Shown piece by piece: positions 42,050-50,424 of a DNA stretch of 64,000 nt (position 1 is its first letter; each line of letters starts with the position of its first letter). The translations under genes and the position numbers were made by a program. The stretch comes from an uncultured Clostridia bacterium (GTDB lineage: Bacteria > Bacillota > Clostridia > Christensenellales > UBA3700), in contig CALWHM010000004.1 of assembly GCA_944380395.1 (NCBI GenBank), positions 8,379 to 72,378 of the forward strand. Reading direction: 5' to 3'. The notes beneath the pieces are model-generated. The model made no database searches. It was not told where the DNA came from and saw only the letters and a list, made by a program, of their open reading frames with translations.

Positions 42050-42082
42050 ATATTCGCATGATAATATACTGCCGAAAGCAGA

Positions 42083-42274
42083 TTAGTCAGCCTTCTTTTC
42101 GACTTTGCTGACAACTTCCTCGTTGTCGTAGTATCCGCAGTTGCCGCACACTTGATGGGGCTTTTTAAGTTCATGACAATGAGGGCACTCCACAAGATTG
42201 GGCTTGCTCAACTTCCAATTTGCCGCCCTGGAACGCTTTCTGGCCTTAGATGTTTTTCCCTTGGGTACTGCCAT
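42083..42274 (-). CDS. rpmF: 50S ribosomal protein L32
   Basis: 63 aa, starting MAVPKGKTSKARKRSRAANWK. It carries the CxxC..CxxC zinc ribbon. Confidence 0.93.
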   Translation of the reverse strand: MAVPKGKTSKARKRSRAANWKLSKPNLVECPHCHELKKPHQVCGNCGYYDNEEVVSKVEKKAD

Positions 42275-42315
42275 TTTCGTACACCTCCTATGCTTATAAT
42301 CGGGTTTGCCTTGCT

Positions 42316-42344
42316 ATTATATAAGATTTTACGCGCGTTGTCAA
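42316..42344 (-). promoter_or_regulatory. perfect-consensus sigma-A promoter of rpmF
   Basis: The minus strand reads TTGACA-17 nt-TATAAT. The leader carries an AGGAGGTG SD. Confidence 0.75.
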
Positions 42345-42380
42345 ACATTTTGCGCGCATTTATTATATAAATACGGGCAA

Positions 42381-43592
42381 TTATTTACCAAACGCCACGT
42401 CGCGCGCGTCGCGTGCGATAACTATCTCTTCATTGGTGGGAACTATGAGCATTTTCACCTTAGATCCCTTCTTGCTGATTTCGGCTATTTCGCCGCGGGG
42501 TGCCGCTTTTGACGCCTGAGGATCGAATTCCGCACCCAAAAATTCCATATCTTTGCACACGTCGTTGCGCGCGTCTGCGGAGTTCTCTCCGATGCCGCCG
42601 GTAAATATGATGGCGTCAAGTCCGTTCATCGCGGCGGCGTAAGCGCCTATTATCTTCCTTATCTGATAGCCGAAAACATCCATCGCCAGGCGGGCCTTTT
42701 CATCCCCCTCCGCTATCAGGCGGTATATGTCCCTGCAATCGGAATATCCGCAATAACCGACAAAACCGCACTTTTTATTCAGATAGTAAAGCGTTTCATC
42801 CACATTCATACCGCGCTTTTTACCCAAATAATCCACGATAAAGGGATCCACGCTGCCGCTTCTGGTGCCCATCAGCATTCCCGCCAAAGGCGTCATACCC
42901 ATAGAAGTATCCACGCACTTTCCGTCCTTTACTGCGGTTATGGAAGAGCCGTTGCCCAAATGGCAGGTGATTATCTTGCCTGCGGGCAAGCCGCGGGAAG
43001 TGAGATATTCTATAGCCTTCGCGCTCACATAGCGGTGGGAAGCGCCGTGGAATCCGTACTTGCGCACGTGATATTTTTCATAATCTTCATAAGCCACGCC
43101 GTACATATACGCCTGCGGAGGCATTGTGGAGTGGAAATAAGTATCAAACACGCCTACGTTGGGCACGCCGGGCATCACCTTCATACAAGAGCGCACGCAG
43201 CTGACGTTGGCGGGCATATGCAAAGGCGCAAGATCCCTGTCCGCATAAAGGCTGTCCAGCTTGGCTTCATCCAAAAGGCAAGGCTCGCTGCCGCCCGTGC
43301 CCGAATGTACGAACCTGTGCCCTACCGCGGCGATTTCGTCGACGGAACTTATCACTCCGTACTTTTCATCCGTAAGAAGCTGCATCAACTGATTGAACGC
43401 CTCCGTGTGATCGGCAAGTTCAACGCGCTTTTTTATCTCCCCGTGGACGCCTTCGTGCTTTATGTTTTCCGAAGTAAATCCGCTCAAACCTATGCGTTCA
43501 ATGCCGCCCTTGCACAACACGGATTCGTCCGTCATCTCTATGAGCTGATACTTCAAAGAAGAACTGCCCGCATTAACAGTCAAAATTTTCAT
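42381..43592 (-). CDS. ackA: acetate kinase
   Basis: 403 aa with MKILTVNAGSSSLKYQL, the VGHRFVHSG region, and CHLGNGSS. Confidence 0.95.
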   Translation of the reverse strand: MKILTVNAGSSSLKYQLIEMTDESVLCKGGIERIGLSGFTSENIKHEGVHGEIKKRVELADHTEAFNQLMQLLTDEKYGVISSVDEIAAVGHRFVHSGTGGSEPCLLDEAKLDSLYADRDLAPLHMPANVSCVRSCMKVMPGVPNVGVFDTYFHSTMPPQAYMYGVAYEDYEKYHVRKYGFHGASHRYVSAKAIEYLTSRGLPAGKIITCHLGNGSSITAVKDGKCVDTSMGMTPLAGMLMGTRSGSVDPFIVDYLGKKRGMNVDETLYYLNKKCGFVGYCGYSDCRDIYRLIAEGDEKARLAMDVFGYQIRKIIGAYAAAMNGLDAIIFTGGIGENSADARNDVCKDMEFLGAEFDPQASKAAPRGEIAEISKKGSKVKMLIVPTNEEIVIARDARDVAFGK

Positions 43593-43607
43593 TATCGCTT
43601 ATCCCCT

Positions 43608-44606
43608 TTATTTATCGTTTTGCTGAGCCTGAACGGCGGTGATAGCCACAACTGACACTATATCGTCCACGCTGCATCCGCGGGAGAGGTCGTTGACGGG
43701 CTTTGCAAATCCCTGGCAGATAGGACCTATCGCCTCCGCTCCGGAGAAGCGCTGAACAAGCTTATAGCCTATATTACCCGCTTCCAAGGACGGGAAGATA
43801 AGCACGTTTGCGTTTCCGGCAACGGGTGAATCGGGAGCCTTCAAGCGCGCCACGGAGGGAATTATCGCCGCGTCAACCTGCAACTCTCCGTCTATGAGCA
43901 GTTCGGGGTGAGCGTACTTGACGAAATTGGTAGCCGCAACCACCTTGTCCACTTCTTCGTGCTTTGCGCTGCCCTTTGTGGAGAATGAAAGCATTGCTAT
44001 TCTGGGCTCTATCCCCGCCATAAGTTTTGCCGTTTGAGCGGACGCCACAGCAATATCGGCAAGCTGCTGAGCCGTGGGTGCGATGTTCACCGCGCTGTCA
44101 CCGAACACCATTACGTGCCTGTCCTTCATATGCGTTTCGTCCAGACACATCAAAAAGCAACTGCTCACCGTTCTGATACCGGGAGCCGTCTTTATTATCT
44201 GCAAGCCCGCTCTGAGCACGTTGCCCGTAGCGTTTATAGCGCCGGCGACCATGCCGTCCGCTACGCCCTTTCTCACCATCATAGCTCCGTAGAAGAGCGG
44301 ATTTTTCATGGTAAGACGCGCCTGTTCCAAAGTCATGCCCTTGGATTTGCGCAATTCGTAATATTCGTTGATATACTCCTCGTTATCTCCGGCAAGAGGA
44401 TTGACTATGGTGATGTTCTTGCTCTTGAAGTTGGGATACATATCCTTTATCTTGCTTTCGTCCCCCAAAAGGATGAGTTTTGCTATGCCTTTAGCCGCAA
44501 TGACCTGCGAAGCCGCTACGGTGCGGGGTTCTTCACCTTCCGCCAAAACTATGGTCTTGACGTTGCGCTGCGCCTTGGCAACAATGTCTTCGATTACCTT
44601 ACTCAC
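43608..44606 (-). CDS. pta: phosphate acetyltransferase
   Basis: 332 aa counted from GTG 44606, which is preceded by a GGAGG at 6 nt spacing. It has a PTA_PTB domain (SRGCSVDDIV). The ORF-track start at 44699 adds an implausible hydrophobic extension. Confidence 0.9.
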   Translation of the reverse strand: MSKVIEDIVAKAQRNVKTIVLAEGEEPRTVAASQVIAAKGIAKLILLGDESKIKDMYPNFKSKNITIVNPLAGDNEEYINEYYELRKSKGMTLEQARLTMKNPLFYGAMMVRKGVADGMVAGAINATGNVLRAGLQIIKTAPGIRTVSSCFLMCLDETHMKDRHVMVFGDSAVNIAPTAQQLADIAVASAQTAKLMAGIEPRIAMLSFSTKGSAKHEEVDKVVAATNFVKYAHPELLIDGELQVDAAIIPSVARLKAPDSPVAGNANVLIFPSLEAGNIGYKLVQRFSGAEAIGPICQGFAKPVNDLSRGCSVDDIVSVVAITAVQAQQNDK

Positions 44607-44654
44607 TTTGTGCCTCCGAAATCGCTTTATTTTATCGAGAGATAATGCTATACT

Positions 44655-44683
44655 AATTATATAACATCGGAAAAATATTTGCA
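44655..44683 (-). promoter_or_regulatory. sigma-A type promoter of pta-ackA
   Basis: The minus strand reads TTGCAA-17 nt-TATAAT. Confidence 0.7.
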
Positions 44684-44703
44684 AAAGGATTTGGGACAAA
44701 TAA

Positions 44704-45837
44704 TTGAAAATTGCGGCGGTAATATGCGAATTTAATCCCTTTCACAACGGGCACGTTCACCTTTTGAACACGATCAAGGCGGCGGGCGATAAACAGATAG
44801 TGTGCGTGATGAGCGGAAACGTTACCCAGCGCGGTAAACTTGCCTGTGCGGACAAGTACACGCGCGCAGAGCACGCCGTAAAAGGCGGCGCGGATATGGT
44901 GGTGGAACTGCCAGCGGAATTTGCGTGCGCCCCCGCGGAGATATTTGCGCTTGGCGGAGTGAAAACCGCACGCCTGTGCGGCGCGGAAGAGCTTTGGTTC
45001 GGCAGCGAATGCGGCGATATGGCGCTATTGAAAGAGGCGGCGCAGCTGACTTCTCCGCATAATCTCCCCTACCAAAAACGCGTAAAAGAGATATTGGAAG
45101 AAGGCGTATCCTATCCCGTGGCGATGCAGCGCGCGGCGCGCGAATTTGCGGACGAAAAAGTGGCGGAAGTTTTGGCTTCTCCCAATAATATGCTGGGCGT
45201 GGAATATGTGCGTGCGGCGGAGCGGCTGGGGTGTAATATGCAGCTGTTCACCATACCCAGGCTTTGCTCTTCCCACCAAAGCGAAACTCTTGAAGGCGGC
45301 ATATCCTCCTCCAAATCAATTCGCCGCGCCTGCGCGGAAGGAGCGATAGACAGTGCGGCGCAAGCAGTCCCCGACTTCGTCTTTCCCGTGCTTTCCAATA
45401 AGGATACTTCCGCGGGCTTTATCTCTGTTTTGAAAAAGACGATACTCACCTGCGATTTGAAAAATATCTTTGATATGGGTGAAGGTTTGGATAACAAGAT
45501 AGTCAAACTTGCGCTTGACGCTTCGTCACAGGACGAACTTGCGCTGTCCGTGAAATCAAAGCGCTACACTTTTGCCAGAATAAACCGTCTGCTTATGAAT
45601 ATAGCGCTCAACAACACGTTTACCTCCGCACGCTTGAAGGAGTGCGTTATAAGTTACATAAACGTGCTTGCGGTAAAACGCGGCTCGCGCCACCTGCTGC
45701 GCACGCTTGCACGCCCCGCCGTCACCCGTCCGCGCGACAGAGCGCGCCTGAACGCTCCGCCCTGCCTTACGGATAACGCGGATCTTCTGTTCAAATGCTG
45801 CGGGTATAATTATGACGATAAAATGCGCCTTATATGA
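44704..45837 (+). CDS. tmcAL: YlbM/TmcAL-family nucleotidyltransferase (tRNA-Met cytidine acetate ligase family)
   Basis: 377 aa. The N-terminus MKIAAVICEFNPFHNGH resembles the B. subtilis YlbM family (HxGH nucleotidyltransferase motif). It uses a TTG start. Confidence 0.75.
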   Translation: MKIAAVICEFNPFHNGHVHLLNTIKAAGDKQIVCVMSGNVTQRGKLACADKYTRAEHAVKGGADMVVELPAEFACAPAEIFALGGVKTARLCGAEELWFGSECGDMALLKEAAQLTSPHNLPYQKRVKEILEEGVSYPVAMQRAAREFADEKVAEVLASPNNMLGVEYVRAAERLGCNMQLFTIPRLCSSHQSETLEGGISSSKSIRRACAEGAIDSAAQAVPDFVFPVLSNKDTSAGFISVLKKTILTCDLKNIFDMGEGLDNKIVKLALDASSQDELALSVKSKRYTFARINRLLMNIALNNTFTSARLKECVISYINVLAVKRGSRHLLRTLARPAVTRPRDRARLNAPPCLTDNADLLFKCCGYNYDDKMRLI

Positions 45838-45861
45838 TTATAAGCGCGGTTTTATACAAAA

Positions 45862-45890
45862 ACGGGAAGGCTTGCTCCTTCCCGTTTTCA
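45862..45890. terminator. bidirectional rho-independent terminator between the convergent tmcAL and surface protein genes
   Basis: Reads ACGGGAAGG-cttgct-CCTTCCCGT, a 9-bp stem with T-runs on both strands. Confidence 0.8.
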
Positions 45891-45896
45891 TCGCTT

Positions 45897-48800
45897 TTAT
45901 GTGTTTGAATTGTCTTCCGTATCCTGTTCTTTTGGCGCGGCTTCCGCGTTTGAAGCGCTTTTTCTTTTCTTTCTGTGTTTGGTCCTGTGGTCCAAAATAA
46001 CGCAGACAACGACTCCCGCCACCACCACGGCAAGCAAGATGAACAGATAATAGGGATTGAACGGTGCCGTTACCTTTGAAGGGTCGAATTGCCCTGCGGA
46101 ATAAGCCAAAGCGTCAATGTTTATCGTATCCCCGTCCTTTGATTCCACCCTGATGGTGTGTTCCCCCACCTCGTCCAATTTGGCATAGAAGACCACCGTC
46201 TGATAGGAGTAATTTTCCGACGTCATGGAAATTTCCGAATATTTTTTGCCATCGATATATATCACCGCATTGCCGTATATGGGCGCGGTGGTAGCCATAA
46301 CAGCCACTTCGTCACCGTAAAAATTATACTCCGCATAGGCGTTTTTGCCGGTGTTCTGCGCCACGCTTCCGTTTACGCTCACTCCGCCCGTCATACGCGA
46401 CCAATTGCCCTCATACCATATATCTCCGCTGGTGTGGGGCACGAACGTGCAGTTGTCTATCGTATTGCCGGCCTCTATCTCCCTTATGCTCAAACTTCCG
46501 CTGCCCTTGAATGTCAGCTTTATCGCGGAAAACTCTCCGTCTGCGCTCAATTCCGCATTGCCCGTAAGCCCTTCGCGCAGACATATCCACTCCTCTCCTT
46601 TCACTTCAACGGAGTAACTTACGCCCTGCGTATCCGCATATATTCTGATATAGTCGAGCTGCGTATTTTTAAATTCAAGGGTATAACTGCCTTCGGACGA
46701 TGTTTGCAGCTTATATATGCCGGACATACTCAAATCTCCGTCCAGCACGGCTCCGTGCTCACCCGAAACGACGGACGCGTCCCCGCCGACAGTCCCCATC
46801 CAATCGGAAGCGGGAACTTTCATATAGAGCGTGTCGGGATATGCCAGCCCCTGCAGGGACAGGCTCGGGGAGATATATTCCATCTGCTGACTTTTCGACG
46901 TGTCGGGGAATGACATATATTCCGAACCCACCTGCTCGTAGTCCGCCCCGTCTTTTGAAACGTACAGCTTCAAGCCGTTGGATATGCCCGGCTGTAAAAG
47001 ATATATATCAAAGCGGTAAACATACCCCGCCTTTAATTCCTCCGTATGGCTGAGCAGTCCCAGCTGCTGAACGGGCACGTAATTTTGGAACATCGTGAAC
47101 TCGTAATCGCCTACGCCGAAGTCCACGCGGTAATAGCAAAAACCCGTATCGGAGTTTATAATGCTGAACTTATACACGCCGTCTTCTTCCACTTCGAAAT
47201 TAAAAGACGTAACGGAAAACGTGTAAGAATTGCTATCTATATCTTCCCCGTCGTAAGCGTCGTAGCCACAGTCGGCAATACCCAGAGAGCGCGTATATTC
47301 GGGCGTATAGTCGGAATAAATATCCACCGCATTGTCAAACGCCTGCTGCGTTATAGCTCCGTTTTCCGTATCCAAAGGCAGGGACGTATACATACTGTAC
47401 GCCGCCGCATTCACATTCAGACTGATATCTCCGTACGAGATATATTCTTCACTTTTACCGTCCGCTTCCACCACAACTTTTAGCGTGTAAGCGTCGCGCA
47501 CGTTTTCCGAAAGCGCGGTATAATAATAACCGTCGTCCCTCTTTTCCCAGCCGTTGCTGCCCTGTACGGAAACTTCCGTCACCTTTCCGCCGTATACCAG
47601 CGTTTTTTCCGCAAAATCCACAAAATGCGTGTCACCTGCATAGACCTTGTATCCGTTCTGCTCGTTCTCATCCGTCACGCAGCGCGTGTAATAATTGAAT
47701 ACGGGGCGATATGCGGGCAAGTCTTTCACCTCTTGCAATATATCTGCGGATATGCTCTCTCCCAACTGCTCGCTTACAAAGTCACTTGCGTTCACGCCGA
47801 ACGCCTCTTTCGCCGCTTTGACAATATCGTCCGCGCTCGCGCTTGAAAGCATATCTATGAACGTTATGCTAGACTTTGTGCCTCCCGAATGCATAAGACA
47901 CAGCGCCGTATCCGCAAGTTTGTCATTGCTCTTCCCGGATATTATCCGCTCAAGCACGGCGTATCCGTTGGAAAAATAAAGCCTGTCGCGCTCCGCCGCA
48001 TTCTCATCGTAGATGACAAAGGAATCTTTCAAAAGCATATATGCGTTGTAAGCGGCAAGTCTGCCCGAGAGCGGCTCTCTGTCTTTCGCCAAAACTTCGC
48101 CCGTTTTTTCAAGCAAGTCAAGTCCTGCGGAAGTGGTGCCCAATGAAGAGCGCGAAAGCAGTTCTTTCGCCTCTAAGACCGAATAAGAAATATCCGTTTC
48201 TTTATTGCTTGATGACGTAAAGTATATTTTCAGCGGCTGAGTGTTGCCGTCCGTGCGGGTGGCGGAAAGCGCTTGCGCCGTCGCGCCCACGGCGGAGCGC
48301 CACCATTCCATTGCTTCTTTAAGTCCGCTTATACCATTCAACTTTGAAGCGGGGATATAAAAGCGCGCGTTGCCGCAATCAAGCGGCACAAGCATATCCC
48401 CGTATGCGGAAAGGTCGCCCAAATCGTCAGAAGAGTCCAGCCCGTAACGGTAAAAAGGCGCCGGCATGGCTCCGCTGAAATAAACCTCCGCGGGGGAAAG
48501 CTGTTCACTCACTCCCGCTTCCCCTATAAAATACAGCAAAATGCCGCCCTTTACGGAAGTCAAAGTGTTGTTCTGCCTTACCAACTCCGACTGTTCCATG
48601 AGCGTTCCGTCCGCGCTTAAAACGGCAACATAAGATTTATGCGTTGTAACCGAAGAAGGAATAGTTATCGTCACGCTCTCCCCCGCCGGCAGATAAAGTC
48701 CCGTTATATGCGAACCGGAAATGCGGTTGTCTATGACAAGTTTTTTATCTACGCGCGGCATATCCTTGAATTCCGACGCGTCTATAGGTGCGGCATACGA

Positions 48801-48947
48801 AGAGATATAAGACATTCCGTCGCCGTAGAATTCCTCCACCACGTCCGAATATCCCGATTCAAGCTCCGTACTCGAACATGCAGTCAAAATGAGCGCGCTG
48901 ACAAGCACGAGGAGCAGACATATCGTTATCGCCGCTTTCTTTCCCAT
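45897..48947 (-). CDS. large cell-surface protein with an N-terminal lipoprotein signal and a C-terminal TM anchor; possible M60-like_N / PA14-like / carbohydrate-binding modules
   Basis: 1016 aa counted from ATG 48947, which opens MGKKAAITICLLLVLVSALILTAC. The C-terminus has a TM helix and basic tail (YYLFILLAVVVAGVVVCVILDHRTKHRKKRK). The segment ITGLYLPAGESVTITIP resembles the accessory N-domain of M60/enhancin peptidases. No HExxH is present anywhere. The domain calls are inference only. Confidence 0.5.
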   Translation of the reverse strand: MGKKAAITICLLLVLVSALILTACSSTELESGYSDVVEEFYGDGMSYISSYAAPIDASEFKDMPRVDKKLVIDNRISGSHITGLYLPAGESVTITIPSSVTTHKSYVAVLSADGTLMEQSELVRQNNTLTSVKGGILLYFIGEAGVSEQLSPAEVYFSGAMPAPFYRYGLDSSDDLGDLSAYGDMLVPLDCGNARFYIPASKLNGISGLKEAMEWWRSAVGATAQALSATRTDGNTQPLKIYFTSSSNKETDISYSVLEAKELLSRSSLGTTSAGLDLLEKTGEVLAKDREPLSGRLAAYNAYMLLKDSFVIYDENAAERDRLYFSNGYAVLERIISGKSNDKLADTALCLMHSGGTKSSITFIDMLSSASADDIVKAAKEAFGVNASDFVSEQLGESISADILQEVKDLPAYRPVFNYYTRCVTDENEQNGYKVYAGDTHFVDFAEKTLVYGGKVTEVSVQGSNGWEKRDDGYYYTALSENVRDAYTLKVVVEADGKSEEYISYGDISLNVNAAAYSMYTSLPLDTENGAITQQAFDNAVDIYSDYTPEYTRSLGIADCGYDAYDGEDIDSNSYTFSVTSFNFEVEEDGVYKFSIINSDTGFCYYRVDFGVGDYEFTMFQNYVPVQQLGLLSHTEELKAGYVYRFDIYLLQPGISNGLKLYVSKDGADYEQVGSEYMSFPDTSKSQQMEYISPSLSLQGLAYPDTLYMKVPASDWMGTVGGDASVVSGEHGAVLDGDLSMSGIYKLQTSSEGSYTLEFKNTQLDYIRIYADTQGVSYSVEVKGEEWICLREGLTGNAELSADGEFSAIKLTFKGSGSLSIREIEAGNTIDNCTFVPHTSGDIWYEGNWSRMTGGVSVNGSVAQNTGKNAYAEYNFYGDEVAVMATTAPIYGNAVIYIDGKKYSEISMTSENYSYQTVVFYAKLDEVGEHTIRVESKDGDTINIDALAYSAGQFDPSKVTAPFNPYYLFILLAVVVAGVVVCVILDHRTKHRKKRKSASNAEAAPKEQDTEDNSNT

Positions 48948-48954
48948 ATTGGTT

Positions 48955-48983
48955 ATTATAACATAAATGCGCGTAAATAACAA
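48955..48983 (-). promoter_or_regulatory. promoter abutting the surface protein start codon
   Basis: The minus strand reads TTGTTA-17 nt-TGtTATAAT, then 7 nt (AACCAAT, no SD) to ATG 48947. Confidence 0.55.
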
Positions 48984-49001
48984 TACAATAAAATACTGTT
49001 G

Positions 49002-49030
49002 TTTACAAACATTTATCCGTGCGCTATAAT
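49002..49030 (+). promoter_or_regulatory. promoter abutting the dinB start codon
   Basis: The plus strand reads TTTACA-17 nt-TATAAT, then 6 nt (ATAGAT, no SD) to ATG 49037. Confidence 0.6.
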
Positions 49031-49036
49031 ATAGAT

Positions 49037-50290
49037 ATGAAGACTATCTTGCATTGCGACGCAAACAACTTTTACGCGTCCGTGGAATGTATGGAGCGAC
49101 GGGATCTGCAAGGCGTGCCCGTAGCGGTATGCGGCGATCCGCAAAAACGGCACGGAATTATCCTTGCCAAAAACGACCTTGCCAAAAAAGCGGGAGTCAA
49201 GACAGCCGAAACCATTCGCTCCGCACTCAATAAATGCCCCGAATTAAAACTCGTGGAGCCGCACTTTGAAAAATACGTTGCGGTTTCAGACAGCATTTTC
49301 GATATTTATAATCAGTACACGGACTTGGTGGAACCGTTCGGCATAGACGAAGGCTGGCTGGACGTTACCCCGTCCGTAAAGCTGTTCGGGGACGGAGTGA
49401 AGATAGCCGACGCTCTGCGCGAACGCATTAAAAAGGAAATAGGTCTGACCATCTCCGTGGGCGTATCCTTTACCAAGATATTTGCAAAACTTGGCTCGGA
49501 TATGAAAAAGCCGGACGCCACCACCGTCATATCCAAAGACAATTTCAGGCAGCTTATCTGGCCTCTTCCCGCAAGCGAAATGCTTATGGTGGGCGGGCGC
49601 ACATATGCCGCCCTGCTCTCTTACGGAATACGCACGATAGGCGACTTAGCCAATGCGGATAAAACTCTGCTTGCGAAAAAATTCGGCGTAAACGGAGAAA
49701 AGCTCATCTCATACGCGCGCGGCGAAGAGGGAGAGGACGTGCGCGAATATTGCAACGGGCGCGTACATAAGAGCATAGGGCATTCCACCACCATGCCAAA
49801 GGATGTGACTTCGCGCGAAGAATGCGCGGCGGTCATATTCGCCCTTTCGGAAATGGTTGCGGCGCGCCTGAGAAAGGCGCACTCCAAAGCTTCCGGCGTA
49901 TCCGTTTCTCTTAGGTATAACGACCTCACCCACCGCTCCCGCCAATGCATCATCTCCCCCGCCACAGATTCCGCGGGACGCATCGCGGAAGAAGCCACCG
50001 CCCTTTTGGACACTTTTTACCGCGAAGGGCGCGACAAACCGCTGCGCGGGCTTGGCGTTTCCGTATTCGATTTGAACGAAGAAGGCGGCGCCGTGCAAGA
50101 GAGCTTATTTGATATGCACCGTGAGAAAGAGGACGAACCTTCCGGGCTTACCCGCTCAATAGACGCCATACGTTCAAAATACGGATTCGACTCCATAAGG
50201 AGCGCGACTTTGATAAAAAACCTTTGCATTTGCGACGATTTGGACGGCGACAAAGACTTTTTGCCCTTCAATAAAAACGCGAAGAGATAA
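49037..50290 (+). CDS. dinB: DNA polymerase IV (Y-family translesion polymerase)
   Basis: MKTILHCDANNFYASVE is the canonical Y-family N-terminus. The sequence also contains SIDEAWLD-like GIDEGWLDVT. The GTG at 49019 in the ORF track lies inside the promoter. Confidence 0.92.
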   Translation: MKTILHCDANNFYASVECMERRDLQGVPVAVCGDPQKRHGIILAKNDLAKKAGVKTAETIRSALNKCPELKLVEPHFEKYVAVSDSIFDIYNQYTDLVEPFGIDEGWLDVTPSVKLFGDGVKIADALRERIKKEIGLTISVGVSFTKIFAKLGSDMKKPDATTVISKDNFRQLIWPLPASEMLMVGGRTYAALLSYGIRTIGDLANADKTLLAKKFGVNGEKLISYARGEEGEDVREYCNGRVHKSIGHSTTMPKDVTSREECAAVIFALSEMVAARLRKAHSKASGVSVSLRYNDLTHRSRQCIISPATDSAGRIAEEATALLDTFYREGRDKPLRGLGVSVFDLNEEGGAVQESLFDMHREKEDEPSGLTRSIDAIRSKYGFDSIRSATLIKNLCICDDLDGDKDFLPFNKNAKR

Positions 50291-50364
50291 ATCCGTCAAA
50301 AAGAACTTGCATATTGCCGCTTCTTAAACAAGGCGGATATAAACCCGATAAAATCATATACATT

Positions 50365-50390
50365 AAGGCGGCTTGCGCCGCCTTGTTTTT
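50365..50390. terminator. terminator between the convergent dinB and galU genes
   Basis: Reads AAGGCGGC-ttgc-GCCGCCTT, followed by GTTTTT on the plus strand. The trailing run on the minus strand is weaker. Confidence 0.75.
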
Positions 50391-50424
50391 AATTTTCTTA
50401 TGTACTAACCGACCTTAGCGCATA

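Noticed and set aside
44607-44699. The ORF track gives upstream-extended starts for several genes: pta 44699, ylxM 35475, rbgA 32058, trmD 32696, hslU 20796, prfA 55408, surface protein 48983, dinB 49019, MDR-like 57642 and FGGY 61681.
   Set aside because: In each case an in-frame downstream start restores the canonical family N-terminus. That start also has a proper SD or a stop-start overlap. The extension would run through a mapped promoter, a terminator or the preceding gene.
48998-49012. An inverted repeat TGTTT-AC-AAACA overlaps the dinB -35 element. I considered it as an SOS (LexA) operator.
   Set aside because: It does not fit the Gram-positive Cheo box (GAAC-N4-GTTC) or the E. coli CTG-N10-CAG box. 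With 5-bp arms it is short enough to occur by chance. I kept it only as a note within the dinB promoter finding.
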